DNA of 42,203 bases from a virus. Below, one piece after another: positions 26,370 to 34,169 of the stretch. A program made the translations under genes and the position numbers. How positions within the stretch are numbered: position 1 is the first letter of the stretch; each line of letters starts with the position of its first letter. Under the pieces are notes generated by a model. That model was not told the origin of the DNA. It saw nothing but the letters and a program-made list of their open reading frames with translations, and did no database searches. The stretch lies in IMG/VR virus record IMGVR_UViG_3300012837_000001. One strand, written 5' to 3'.

Positions 26370-26661
26370 GGCGAGGGGCCTGGGTGAGAGAGCGGGGTAT
26401 AATTCCGGGTAGAGTTTTTAAGAGGCTTTTCGAGAGGCAAACGACATCAATCGCTTGCCTCTTCTCTTCGGCGGACGCCCTGTCCGCCATCGCACTTTTC
26501 GCCATCATTCGCTCCGTTCCAGAGATAGGCTTGAAAAGGCTGGCAAATTGCGCGGCCGCGCTTCGCTTAGTTTCGCTTGACGCCGCTGCGATCCAGTAGA
26601 TTATCGGGTATCGTCCCGGGTACAGCAAGAGAAAAACCGGGTATCGAACCGGGAATTTGCG
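26370..26661. other. attP-containing non-coding region upstream of the integrase
   Basis: A 292-nt gap next to a P4-type integrase gene. It contains two hairpins/inverted repeats (26434-26461; GGCGGAC-gccct-GTCCGCC at 26470-26488), TTCGC(T/C) repeats, and two 16-mer direct repeats. Confidence 0.6.
26605..26653 (+). promoter_or_regulatory. Two 16-bp direct repeats, CGGGTATCG[T/A][C/A]CCGGG, 33 bp apart and just upstream of the int start
   Basis: cgggtatcgtcccggg (26605-26620) and cgggtatcgaaccggg (26638-26653). Candidate arm-type or autoregulatory sites. Confidence 0.5.
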
Positions 26662-27891
26662 ATGCTGTCCGACGCCGCGATTCGTAAGGCGAAGCCCGCT
26701 GACAAGGGCTACAAGATCACAGACGACGGTGGTTTGCACGTTTTCATCAGCCCTGCGGGCGGAAAATCGTGGCGATACCGCTACGAGTTCGCCGGCAAGG
26801 AGAAGCTTTTGACGCTTGGCCAATACCCGGTCATGGGTCTGGCCGATGCCCGCAAGGCGCGTGACGAAGCGAAGGAGGTTCTTCGCGCCGGACGCGACCC
26901 CAGCATCGCAAAAAAGCAGCGCCGGATACTCGCCGTGCAGCAATCCGCCGAGACATTCGAGGTCGTCGCCCGGGAATGGCACCGCGTCAACAAGTCCCGT
27001 TGGTCGGAAATCCACCAGGCAGACATTCTCGAATCGCTCGTGCGAGATGCCTTCCCGGGTATAGGCCAGTACCCGGTTCGCGACGTGACGGTGGCTGACG
27101 TTCTCGCGGTTCTGCGAGACATCGAATTCCGGGGCGCCAATGAGACGGCCCGGCGCGTTCGCCAGCGAATCTCCAATGTTTTTTCGTTCGCCATATCGGC
27201 GGGCATGGCCGACCGGAACCCGGCCGACACAGTTGCTGGCGCTATGGCGCCCGTCGTCCGCAATCGACAGCCCGCCATCACGAACTTGCTCGAAGCTCGC
27301 AAGATCATGCCAAGATGCGAATTGATGCCGGCTCACCCGTTGACCAAGCTGGCGCACCGACTGCTGGCTCTCACCGTGGTTCGCCCGGGCGTCATCCTGA
27401 ACCTGCCATGGGCCGAATTGCCGCCCGGGGCGGATACATGGGTTATTCCGGCGGCGCGCATGAAGCTGGCCAAGCACATCAAGCAAGCCGGGCAGCGCGA
27501 TCATGTCGTGCCACTTTCTCGCCAAGCCATTGAAGTGATCGAGGCAGCCCGTACGATGTCTGGCCTTGGCCCCCTCGCCTTCCCCAATTACCGGAATGCG
27601 CACCGGCCGATGACCGAGGGCGCGATGCGCCTCATGCTGACCAAAGCTGGGTTTCAGGATGAGCATGTTGCCCATGGGTGGCGCTCGACTTTCTCGACAG
27701 TGATGAATGAACTCTACCCGGGCGATCGGCACATCATCGACCTGATGCTGGCGCATAAAGCCAAGGACGAAGTGGAAGCGGCCTACAACCGTGCTCTGCA
27801 CCTTGGCCGTCGCGCCGAGCTGGCGCAGCTATGGGCCGATCTCATTTGTCATGGTCTACAGCCGGCGGCGAACTTGCTGCCGGCCCGTTAG
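26662..27891 (+). CDS. int: Tyrosine integrase, P4-type (DUF4102 N-terminal domain)
   Basis: The N-terminus LSDAAIRKAKPADKGYKITDDGGLHVFISPAGGKSWRYRYEFAGKEKLLTLGQYPVMGLADARKARDEAK is the canonical P4-integrase arm-binding domain. The C-terminal ...HGWRSTFST...LAH...Y catalytic residues are present. Confidence 0.95.
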   Translation: MLSDAAIRKAKPADKGYKITDDGGLHVFISPAGGKSWRYRYEFAGKEKLLTLGQYPVMGLADARKARDEAKEVLRAGRDPSIAKKQRRILAVQQSAETFEVVAREWHRVNKSRWSEIHQADILESLVRDAFPGIGQYPVRDVTVADVLAVLRDIEFRGANETARRVRQRISNVFSFAISAGMADRNPADTVAGAMAPVVRNRQPAITNLLEARKIMPRCELMPAHPLTKLAHRLLALTVVRPGVILNLPWAELPPGADTWVIPAARMKLAKHIKQAGQRDHVVPLSRQAIEVIEAARTMSGLGPLAFPNYRNAHRPMTEGAMRLMLTKAGFQDEHVAHGWRSTFSTVMNELYPGDRHIIDLMLAHKAKDEVEAAYNRALHLGRRAELAQLWADLICHGLQPAANLLPAR

Positions 27892-28088
27892 GACGCTTTC
27901 GCGTCGAGCGTAGCGATCCACGCATCAATCTCGGATTCCCGCCACCGTACGCAGCGGTCGGAAAGCTTGATCCCTTTCGGGAACTTGCCGAGCTTGATCA
28001 GCTCGTAGATCCAGGTGGTGCCGAGCGAGGTTTTCTTCTTGACCTCGGGCAACGCGAGAAGACGATCCGACATGACAGCCCTACTCAT
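27888..28088 (-). CDS. AlpA-family excisionase / transcriptional regulator
   Basis: LLALPEVKKKTSLGTTWIYELIKLGKFPKGIKLSDRCVRWRESEIDAWI matches the Phage_AlpA winged-helix signature. Start at ATG 28088 (alternative 28073). Convergent 4-nt overlap with int. Confidence 0.85.
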   Translation of the reverse strand: MSRAVMSDRLLALPEVKKKTSLGTTWIYELIKLGKFPKGIKLSDRCVRWRESEIDAWIATLDAKAS

Positions 28089-28156
28089 GGTGAAGCCGGG
28101 GAATTTGAGTTGGCATCCGCGCACTTCCGGCCAGAACCTACCAGCGGCGCGCTCAT
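28085..28156 (-). CDS. Unlisted 23-aa mini-ORF (MSAPLVGSGRKCADANSNSPASP) made almost entirely of junction element copy D
   Basis: It has ATGA overlaps at both ends, with the AAA+ stop and with the AlpA start. Translation is unproven. Confidence 0.3.
   Translation of the reverse strand: MSAPLVGSGRKCADANSNSPASP
28098..28138 (-). repeat. Junction element, copy D (long form)
   Basis: The minus strand reads GGTTCTGGCCGGAAGTGCGCGGATGCCAACTCAAATTCCCC, then GGCTTCACC-ATG (AlpA). Confidence 0.8.
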
Positions 28157-29421
28157 TGGAGCGTCTCGCCAAAAGAGATCGACGAAACCTCCCCCATGAA
28201 TTCCTGCATGGCGTAGGAGTGGTCCAGCCCGGCGTTCTCGCGCAGAACCTCGTCGATCGCGGAGAGCAAGTCCTGCTCCGTGATGCCAGAGCGCTCCCCG
28301 GTCGCCATGTCGCGGCGGAAGGCGATGCCCTTGGCTCGACCAGCAAGACCGACGATCATCGCGCCGCTGATGATATGCCGCAGCAGGAACTTGACGCTGT
28401 GCTTGTTCTGCCCGGCCTTGATGTCAAAGCCGCTGATGACGCGATCCTGGCTGAAGAAGTAATCGACAGCCTTGAGCGTGATATCGGCGTCAGAGCCCGC
28501 GACAGGGGTATCACGCAGCGCCTTGGCGAGAATGGAGAGTGCAGCGTCGCGCGTCGGACGTTCAACGCGGATTTTCCGGTCGCACCGGCCGTCACGAAGG
28601 AGAGCCGAATCGATAGCCTCCGGGCGGTTGGTCGCCAAAATGACGAACGCGCCAGAGGTTTCCATACCATCCATCTCGGCGAGGAAAGTGGCGACGTTCG
28701 ATGCCTCCCAAGGAGCCGAGCGGCCTGAGCGCGCCGGCAGGATGGCGTCAGCTTCGTCGATGAAGACGGTCAACGGGTGGCCGTGCTGCTTCGCATAAAG
28801 GCGAGCGAACCGGAAAATGTCGCGGATGATCTCTTCGGTTTGACCGACATACGGCGTCTGGATTTCAGGGCCGTTGATCTTCAGCAGCATAGCCGATTTC
28901 CCATGCAAGCGCCCGATAACGGAAGCCGCCGCCTTGCCGAACATCGTCTTGCCGCAGCCCGGAGCGCCGTGCAGAAGTACGCCCTTCAAGGGCTTCATGC
29001 CGTAGTGGCGGTAAAGCTCCGCATGGCTGATCGGGTGCTCGATTGCCTCGATCAGAGCGACCCGCGCCGCTTCGTTCCCAACCACGTCGTCCCATTGCAC
29101 ATCATGACTGGTCTGAAGAAGGTACTTCTCGACCTTCTCTTTAGCAGCGCGATACTCACGGCTGCCGTCTTCGCGCTGTGTCGTGATAGGGTTGCTGAAA
29201 GGGTCCATCGAAAAGATCCGATCGCTCATCATGCGCCGTAGCGCCTCCATCTCAGCAGCTCGGTCACCGCCCCCCGTTCTCGTATCTCCTCTGCGCCCGT
29301 CGCTGGGCAGGCAAATCTGGCAAGTCGGATCACCGCATCCGGTGACGCTGTTGTGTTCCTTGCGGGCCTCGAACTTCATCTCGCGAGGAAGCATTCCACG
29401 GCCGAAATCGTACTTGCTCAT
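28153..29421 (-). CDS. Classical-clade AAA+ ATPase (FtsH/Cdc48-like ATPase module with no protease domain)
   Basis: Walker A GVLLHGAPGCGKT, Walker B TVFIDEADAI, second region of homology ILATNRPEAIDSALLRDGRCDRKIRVERP, and an N-terminal CGDPTCQIC motif. The start is set at MSKYDF (ATG 29421), 35 nt after the upstream stop; the track's TTG at 29475 would overlap the upstream ORF. Confidence 0.85.
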   Translation of the reverse strand: MSKYDFGRGMLPREMKFEARKEHNSVTGCGDPTCQICLPSDGRRGDTRTGGGDRAAEMEALRRMMSDRIFSMDPFSNPITTQREDGSREYRAAKEKVEKYLLQTSHDVQWDDVVGNEAARVALIEAIEHPISHAELYRHYGMKPLKGVLLHGAPGCGKTMFGKAAASVIGRLHGKSAMLLKINGPEIQTPYVGQTEEIIRDIFRFARLYAKQHGHPLTVFIDEADAILPARSGRSAPWEASNVATFLAEMDGMETSGAFVILATNRPEAIDSALLRDGRCDRKIRVERPTRDAALSILAKALRDTPVAGSDADITLKAVDYFFSQDRVISGFDIKAGQNKHSVKFLLRHIISGAMIVGLAGRAKGIAFRRDMATGERSGITEQDLLSAIDEVLRENAGLDHSYAMQEFMGEVSSISFGETLQ

Positions 29422-29431
29422 CTGTTCTCTC

Positions 29432-29456
29432 GGGATTTTAGGATTGCGGCCCACGG
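29432..29456 (-). repeat. Degenerate junction-element-like sequence upstream of the AAA+ start
   Basis: The minus strand reads CCGTGGGCCGCAATCCTAAAATCCC, then GAGAGAACAG-ATG. Only the A-rich/CCC half is well conserved. Confidence 0.35.
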
Positions 29457-29603
29457 TCACGGCGTCCTCTCCCAATCAGCCGTCAGCATCTCGTGCTGAT
29501 CAGGTTCGACCTTCCGAGGCCAAGCGATGCGAACAGCGATCCACACGAAGGAGCTGACGACAGTCGCCAGCAGCGAATAGCCGAAGAGCGCTAAGAGGGT
29601 CAT
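29457..29603 (-). CDS. Unlisted small single-TM protein, 48 aa (MTLLALFGYSLLATVVSSFVWIAVRIAWPRKVEPDQHEMLTADWERTP)
   Basis: Its ATG overlaps the upstream stop (ATGA). It has a clear hydrophobic helix and fills the gap before the AAA+ gene. Confidence 0.5.
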   Translation of the reverse strand: MTLLALFGYSLLATVVSSFVWIAVRIAWPRKVEPDQHEMLTADWERTP

Positions 29604-29935
29604 GCCGACACCTGCTCAGTCTTTGGCGTCAGCATGTCGGTGAAGATGCTGATATCGGTCTTGCGCTCGAAGATGGGGCGGAAGCGGAACTCTGGCCACG
29701 CAACCTCTATCAGTCCGCCTTCTGCCGGCAGGTACATCGGCTCGTTTCGAATTTCGGCCAAAGCAAGGAAGCTGAATCGTTCCTGCACTTTGCTTTTGAC
29801 GAAGGCGCGGATCGTATAAACTTCCCCAACAACCGGCTCTGCGGCGCCAAGCTTGTGGGCGGGATGGATGAAATACTCGTGCCCGTCCCCAGGGTCAGCG
29901 ATAGCGACGACCTTCTGCCCAACGTAGAACGCCAT
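29600..29935 (-). CDS. Hypothetical protein
   Basis: 111-aa ORF in the early-left operon. Confidence 0.6.
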   Translation of the reverse strand: MAFYVGQKVVAIADPGDGHEYFIHPAHKLGAAEPVVGEVYTIRAFVKSKVQERFSFLALAEIRNEPMYLPAEGGLIEVAWPEFRFRPIFERKTDISIFTDMLTPKTEQVSA

Positions 29936-29938
29936 CGT

Positions 29939-30028
29939 TCACGCTCCCCAAACTGAGATGAAGGCGGCTATCCCGCCGATGTAGAAGAGGAAGCCGGCCG
30001 TACCGGCGAGGGTGCGGGCGATGTTCAT
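29939..30028 (-). CDS. Unlisted 29-aa hydrophobic peptide (MNIARTLAGTAGFLFYIGGIAAFISVWGA)
   Basis: Its ATG overlaps the upstream stop (ATGA) and its stop lies 3 nt before the next ATG. Single TM-like segment. Confidence 0.35.
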   Translation of the reverse strand: MNIARTLAGTAGFLFYIGGIAAFISVWGA

Positions 30029-30414
30029 CCGAGCCTCCGAGGTGGCATTTGCTTGGCGATGGGTGAGGATGCGCGGCGCTGCGGAGGCGGCTTCCGAAAC
30101 CCAGCGCTCTGGATTTTCGTGCGGATGCCGAGATGCCCGGCTTCCTGGCGCTTGGCCTTGGCAATGGTCGCCACGTCCTGAGCGGTCTTCCCGCCCGGCG
30201 CGCGGTGGCAGCAATCGCGGCCAAGGGCCTTTCCGTCATCGATCGTCAGCGGCTTCGTCTTATCGACGATCAGAGCTTCGGGAATGGTGTGATCGAACTC
30301 GACGACCTTGCCGGTGATGTTGAGGCCGCAACCCTCACACCAGATGAGACCTTGCGCATCCGAAGCGCGCTTGAGCATCTGGGCTTTCTGGGAGCGGGAG
30401 AACTCGCGTCTCAT
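30025..30414 (-). CDS. HNH endonuclease
   Basis: CEGCG...VEFDHTIPEAL...DCCHRAPGGK fits the HNH Cys-His box pattern. Start at MRREF (ATG 30414), ATGA-coupled. Confidence 0.6.
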   Translation of the reverse strand: MRREFSRSQKAQMLKRASDAQGLIWCEGCGLNITGKVVEFDHTIPEALIVDKTKPLTIDDGKALGRDCCHRAPGGKTAQDVATIAKAKRQEAGHLGIRTKIQSAGFRKPPPQRRASSPIAKQMPPRRLG

Positions 30415-30872
30415 AGATGCCTCCAGCGAAGTCCACATCGGATTTTCGAGATGCACCCCTTGGACACGCCAAACTTGGCCATCAGCGCCTTGAGGTCCGG
30501 GGCTGCTGACCTGATCTCGGCAACGTCCGCCTCTGTTAGTTTAGCCCTTCCGCTCCGTTCACCCCGGTTGTGGGTGCCATGGATGAGCTTGTCCGCTACG
30601 TTCTCAGCCGGGGTTGCCCAGCGAACATGCCGGGGATTGACGCAAACCGGCCTCCCGCACCTATGGGCGGCCTCATGCCTAGGGGTCGGCGGCTCTCCGT
30701 GCGCCAAGATGCACATCCAGCGATGCGCCCGCTTCTGCACGCCGCCGATGACGGCAAGGCCATACCCGGCCGGCACCACGCGGTAGGGCCAATTCAGGCA
30801 TTCGTCGCTCTGATGGTCGACGTGGGCGCGAAGGAAGGCTTCGCTTGATCCTTTAGGGGCGATGCGCTTCAT
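30411..30872 (-). CDS. HNH_3-type homing-endonuclease-like protein with a C-terminal HTH
   Basis: ...GYGLAVIGGVQKRAHRWMCILAHG...AAHRCGRPVCVNPRHVRWATPAENVADK is the typical HNH_3 pattern. Start at MKRIAPK (ATG 30872), ATGA-coupled. Confidence 0.75.
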   Translation of the reverse strand: MKRIAPKGSSEAFLRAHVDHQSDECLNWPYRVVPAGYGLAVIGGVQKRAHRWMCILAHGEPPTPRHEAAHRCGRPVCVNPRHVRWATPAENVADKLIHGTHNRGERSGRAKLTEADVAEIRSAAPDLKALMAKFGVSKGCISKIRCGLRWRHL

Positions 30873-31264
30873 GCTGCCCTCGCTTCGTCGCCAAAGGTGA
30901 CGCCGTTCTGTGCGCCCCAAGCCAGAATGAACTCGATCAAGTCGGTCATTTCCTGCTTGGACAGATCGGATGAGGATTGCCCCCAGGGGAGGAACGTCGA
31001 TCCGTCGAGAGACGGGACGAACTGAACCTCACGCCCGCAAGCGTGCATGAACAGAACCTTCCACTGGTCCGGCGTGTAGCGTCGCCCAGCGTGCTCTTTC
31101 TGACGGGAAACCTCCGTCAAAAGGCTCCACATCATATCGTTCTGCGGAAGACTGCGCTTGCTGGCCTTGAACTCGCATCGGGTGCCATGCGGGGCCTTCA
31201 TGACCCACGACGCGGCGCGCTGGCGGGCCACCGGGCTGTCGAGGACGACGAGGGCGCGGCTCAT
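30869..31264 (-). CDS. NinB-like recombination-associated protein
   Basis: KASKRSLPQNDMMWSLLTEVS resembles the NinB/Orf-family RSL.QN..w motif. Start at MSRALVV (ATG 31264), ATGA-coupled. The longer track ORF is an upstream extension. Confidence 0.5.
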   Translation of the reverse strand: MSRALVVLDSPVARQRAASWVMKAPHGTRCEFKASKRSLPQNDMMWSLLTEVSRQKEHAGRRYTPDQWKVLFMHACGREVQFVPSLDGSTFLPWGQSSSDLSKQEMTDLIEFILAWGAQNGVTFGDEARAA

Positions 31265-31971
31265 TCCGCCGCCTCCTGACGGGCCTCTGGCAGCTCGCGG
31301 TATCGGGCGGCAGCCAAGGTGCGGATGACAGACGCCTCGTCTTCGCCAAGCTTGCGCTTCAGCTCGTCGGCGTTGTCTGTCATCCAAGCGCCAAGGTCGT
31401 CCTTGGTCTTGGCGAGTAGCATGACGGAGCGGTACGTCTCGCCAAGCTGCGTAAGGGGCGCGACCGTACCGCTGGAAGTGCGAGGAACAGCGGGGGTCGC
31501 GTTCCGGCCGGTGGGCGCGGAACTGGAATTCTTCACCTTGGACCATGGGTCCTGCGTCCAGCGCTTCCAATGGCGCTTGCCGCCGCGCTCATAGCTCTCG
31601 CAGTCGACCCAAGGGCTATCGAGGTCGTAGAGATAGCGACCGATGCCCCAGCGAACCGCAGCCCGCTTGAAAGCATCCGAGAGCGCGCCCTTTTCGGCCT
31701 CGATGTCGCTGTCGCCAGCACCGTCAGCCTTCCAGATCCATTCCTCCCCTACGCGAATGCCGATCTCGCAGACCGTCTTGCCGTTGGCGTGCGGGTAGCG
31801 GCACTGCCAGCCCTCCGGGCCAAGCACGTCGTCAAGCCGGTTCATCACGTCGCGGGCATCGATGTACGCCAGCGCCATGGCGGCGGTGCCGTCCTGCTTC
31901 AAGGACTGAGCGCGCCAGGAGATGGCATTGCGCGGGAATTCGGACCTGAGCTGTTCGAAGATGGTCATCAC
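31261..31971 (-). CDS. Rad52/Sak-type single-strand annealing protein
   Basis: ALAYIDARDVMNRLDDVLGPEGWQCRY...EKGALSDAFKRAAVRWGIGRYLY is the Rad52_Rad22 family signature. Confidence 0.8.
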   Translation of the reverse strand: MMTIFEQLRSEFPRNAISWRAQSLKQDGTAAMALAYIDARDVMNRLDDVLGPEGWQCRYPHANGKTVCEIGIRVGEEWIWKADGAGDSDIEAEKGALSDAFKRAAVRWGIGRYLYDLDSPWVDCESYERGGKRHWKRWTQDPWSKVKNSSSAPTGRNATPAVPRTSSGTVAPLTQLGETYRSVMLLAKTKDDLGAWMTDNADELKRKLGEDEASVIRTLAAARYRELPEARQEAAE

Positions 31972-32474
31972 TTCACCCTGACGGTGAGGCGCGATCCGCC
32001 ATTGCTGACGACGACGCCGGGGATTTCCTCGCCAGCCTTCACGGCGGCGTTGATGGCGGTCTTGTCGATCTCGCGCTTGATGCGGATGAACCGCTCGGGG
32101 ATCGAAGCTTCGTCCTCGATGACGACCGAGGGGCCAGCCTGGGTGACCGAGATGGTCGCATTCGGCAGCGTGACCTTCGACAGCCCGGCCGCCGCCATGA
32201 CGCGCTCGATCGCCTCGCCATAGCCATCGCCACGACGCTCCAGGCGCGCCTTGCGCTCTCTCAGGTCGCTGACAGGGACCTTGACGCCTTCGGCCATCGC
32301 ATAGGCTGCCTCACGCTCCTGAACGAGCTTGGCGAGGACGTTGTTGATGTCCGTCTCGCCTTCGAGGGTATCGGCGCGAAGGTTCTCGTCTTCCTCAAGC
32401 TCGGGATAGACGGAGAGGAGGTCGGTGATCTCGCGAACGACGCGGAAAACAAGCTGCGGGTTCATCGCCGTCAC
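31968..32474 (-). CDS. Siphovirus Gp157-like protein (recombination module partner)
   Basis: Size and pattern (DTLEGETD...coiled region...SIPERFIRIKREIDKTAINAAVKAGEEIPGVVV) are typical of the Gp157 family. GTG start. Confidence 0.6.
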   Translation of the reverse strand: MTAMNPQLVFRVVREITDLLSVYPELEEDENLRADTLEGETDINNVLAKLVQEREAAYAMAEGVKVPVSDLRERKARLERRGDGYGEAIERVMAAAGLSKVTLPNATISVTQAGPSVVIEDEASIPERFIRIKREIDKTAINAAVKAGEEIPGVVVSNGGSRLTVRVK

Positions 32475-32755
32475 TCCGCCGCCACGAGGCGCATGAGCGG
32501 CGCTCGCGGCGCATTGGCGCCAGCATTCCGAAGGTTGCGCGCCGCCGCTTCCAACTGAGCCGCCATGTCGGACATCACCGCAGCTTCGCCGGCCGTCACA
32601 TCGACATGCCGGGAGGCTTCGTAGATCGCGAGGGCGTTCTGCTTGACCTCGTTGACCATACCGGGCGCGCCCAGCAGGTGCGCCGTGAAGGTGCCGTGGC
32701 GGACGCCTTGGAGATAATCAACGGTGCTCATGACTGAATTCCCTTTCGCAGCCAT
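32471..32755 (-). CDS. Hypothetical protein
   Basis: 94-aa ORF. An alternative start at 32731 (MSTVDYLQ) would be ATGA-coupled to the upstream stop. Confidence 0.55.
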   Translation of the reverse strand: MAAKGNSVMSTVDYLQGVRHGTFTAHLLGAPGMVNEVKQNALAIYEASRHVDVTAGEAAVMSDMAAQLEAAARNLRNAGANAPRAPLMRLVAAE

Positions 32756-32910
32756 TTCAAAATGCGCAGGCAGAGGCCCTTGCGCTTGCCGTCGTTCATG
32801 CGGGAGGCGATGCCGAGGGCCTTCCGAACCAGCGCGTTGGCGTGGTCGCGGTTGCCGCCGGCAAGGGCGCTCTTGGCGCCGGACATGTGGAGGTTGAAGG
32901 CGGGGAGCAT
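32728..32910 (-). CDS. Hypothetical small protein
   Basis: Starts at MLPAFNLHM (ATG 32910), overlapping the upstream stop. 60 aa. Confidence 0.45.
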   Translation of the reverse strand: MLPAFNLHMSGAKSALAGGNRDHANALVRKALGIASRMNDGKRKGLCLRILKWLRKGIQS

Positions 32911-33137
32911 CAGAACGCCCTCCGAAGGGCTGCGCGGTTGCGAACGCGAAGGCGCTGGGAGAACCGTGCGTCCGACACCAATTGCGCGGTGATTTCTTCG
33001 ACCTGCTCGTCGGTCAGCCAAGACAGGCCGCGACGAGAGAGGAACAGAAGTGCGTAGTGGCGAGCATCACGCCCCGTCACTCCGTCGAAGCTGGAAATGA
33101 ACCGTTCCTGCCGCTTTCGGGTCGAGCGCTCCATCAC
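32910..33137 (-). CDS. Hypothetical small protein
   Basis: 75-aa ORF, ATGA-coupled to the upstream gene. Confidence 0.5.
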   Translation of the reverse strand: MMERSTRKRQERFISSFDGVTGRDARHYALLFLSRRGLSWLTDEQVEEITAQLVSDARFSQRLRVRNRAALRRAF

Positions 33138-33472
33138 AGCCCCATCCTCGCGTCTTCGCGGCGCATGTCCGCAGCCTCGTCGGCGCGGCAGTCGTCTTCC
33201 TCGCCAGCCTCGCTCAGGAGGTCAGCGTTAAGATCGGGATCGTTCTCGATGATGGAGGCAAGCCAGCCAGTGACGGCCTTGCGCTCGGTCAGCTTCTTGC
33301 CGAAGCGCCACGTCTCGATGACAGCCTCGATGGACTGGATATCGACCGAGGCAGAGTAAGGCGGGTCGACGCGGTCGCCGGCAAACCCAGGCTCGACCGT
33401 GTACTGGATTTCGACCGGCATCTCAGTGGAGCCGACGTTCAGGTAAATCGTGTGGCTGTAGGTGTAGGCCAT
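33134..33472 (-). CDS. Hypothetical protein, first gene of the early-left operon
   Basis: Starts at MAYTYSHTIYL (ATG 33472), preceded by GGGAGGG. Operators lie immediately upstream. Confidence 0.6.
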   Translation of the reverse strand: MAYTYSHTIYLNVGSTEMPVEIQYTVEPGFAGDRVDPPYSASVDIQSIEAVIETWRFGKKLTERKAVTGWLASIIENDPDLNADLLSEAGEEDDCRADEAADMRREDARMGL

Positions 33473-33500
33473 CGCCGCCCTCCCTTGTTCGTAGGGAGAA

Positions 33501-33572
33501 GTTCGCATATCGCGAACTGACGCGCAACTGTTATTTTCGCCATCTGCGAACTTTTGTTCGCGGACCACGAAC
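33501..33572. promoter_or_regulatory. Left operator cluster: three GTTCGC-N5-GCGAAC-type palindromes
   Basis: GTTCGCatatcGCGAAC (33501-33517), TTTCGCcatctGCGAAC (33535-33551) and GTTCGCggaccACGAAC (33556-33572), upstream of the early-left operon. Confidence 0.7.
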
Positions 33573-33770
33573 GGCACTGACGCCACCTGTCAGCAGTCGC
33601 GCGAAATCCCCGATATTAACGGGGCAGCTTAACCAAAAATGGGAATAAAGTCTCCTGCTGACTCCCCCTGTCAGCGTCCTGACACTAGGGTCTTGCGTAC
33701 GGTGAACGAACCGTAAACATTAAAACAAAGGGGAGGCAAATGGACGAGGACACCGAGCTTATCGATGCCC

Positions 33771-34157
33771 TTATGGCTTGGGCTTCTCTACCCCGTCAAA
33801 AGCGTCAGCGGGCGCTGGCGCACTTTCGGGCTCTGCTTCAAGAAAACGAAGATAGGACTGGACCTTGTCCATCTTCCCGCGCTTCTTCAGCTTGCGGATC
33901 AGATCCGCCGCTTCGGCAACCTCTGCGTCGTCATCGGCCGATAGGGTGACGCCAATGATTTCGGATACCTGGGTGTCGTAGAACTTCGCCACCCGCGCCA
34001 GCCAACGCGAGCTTAACGGCCGCTTGTCGCGCTCCATCTCAGATAGGTAGCCCTTGGACGTTTCGATATCAGCCGCGAGCTGGTCAAGCGTCAGGCCCTT
34101 GGCCTTTCGCCACTTTTTTAGCTGCGCTCCGAGGAAAAGCTTGTCGTCGGTATCCAT
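33771..34157 (-). CDS. CI-like repressor, XRE-family HTH, with no S24 peptidase domain
   Basis: LGAQLKKWRKAKGLTLDQLAADIETSKGYLSEMERDKRPLS is a classic XRE HTH. Start at MDTDDK (ATG 34157). Divergent from the cro-like gene. Confidence 0.85.
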   Translation of the reverse strand: MDTDDKLFLGAQLKKWRKAKGLTLDQLAADIETSKGYLSEMERDKRPLSSRWLARVAKFYDTQVSEIIGVTLSADDDAEVAEAADLIRKLKKRGKMDKVQSYLRFLEAEPESAPAPADAFDGVEKPKP

Positions 34158-34169
34158 GGCGCGAGCATA

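Noticed and set aside
26636-26661. tRNA-like T-arm (reverse complement CCCGG-TTCGATA-CCGGG) as evidence for a tRNA gene.
   Set aside because: No D-arm or anticodon arm can be built around it. The would-be acceptor strand (TTTTTCT) is atypical and there is no CCA. At most it is a fragment related to an attB tRNA end, not a tRNA gene.
33609-33680. Hairpins downstream of the repressor gene (CCCCG-atattaa-CGGGG; GCTGAC-tccccct-GTCAGC) as its terminator.
   Set aside because: The stems are short (5-6 bp) and neither is followed by a convincing T-tract on the minus strand. They are possible but not supportable as intrinsic terminators.
33740-33949. Plus-strand 69-aa ORF in and next to the repressor gene.
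   Set aside because: Most of it is antisense to the XRE repressor, which has a clear HTH motif. It shows no coupling or motif support.
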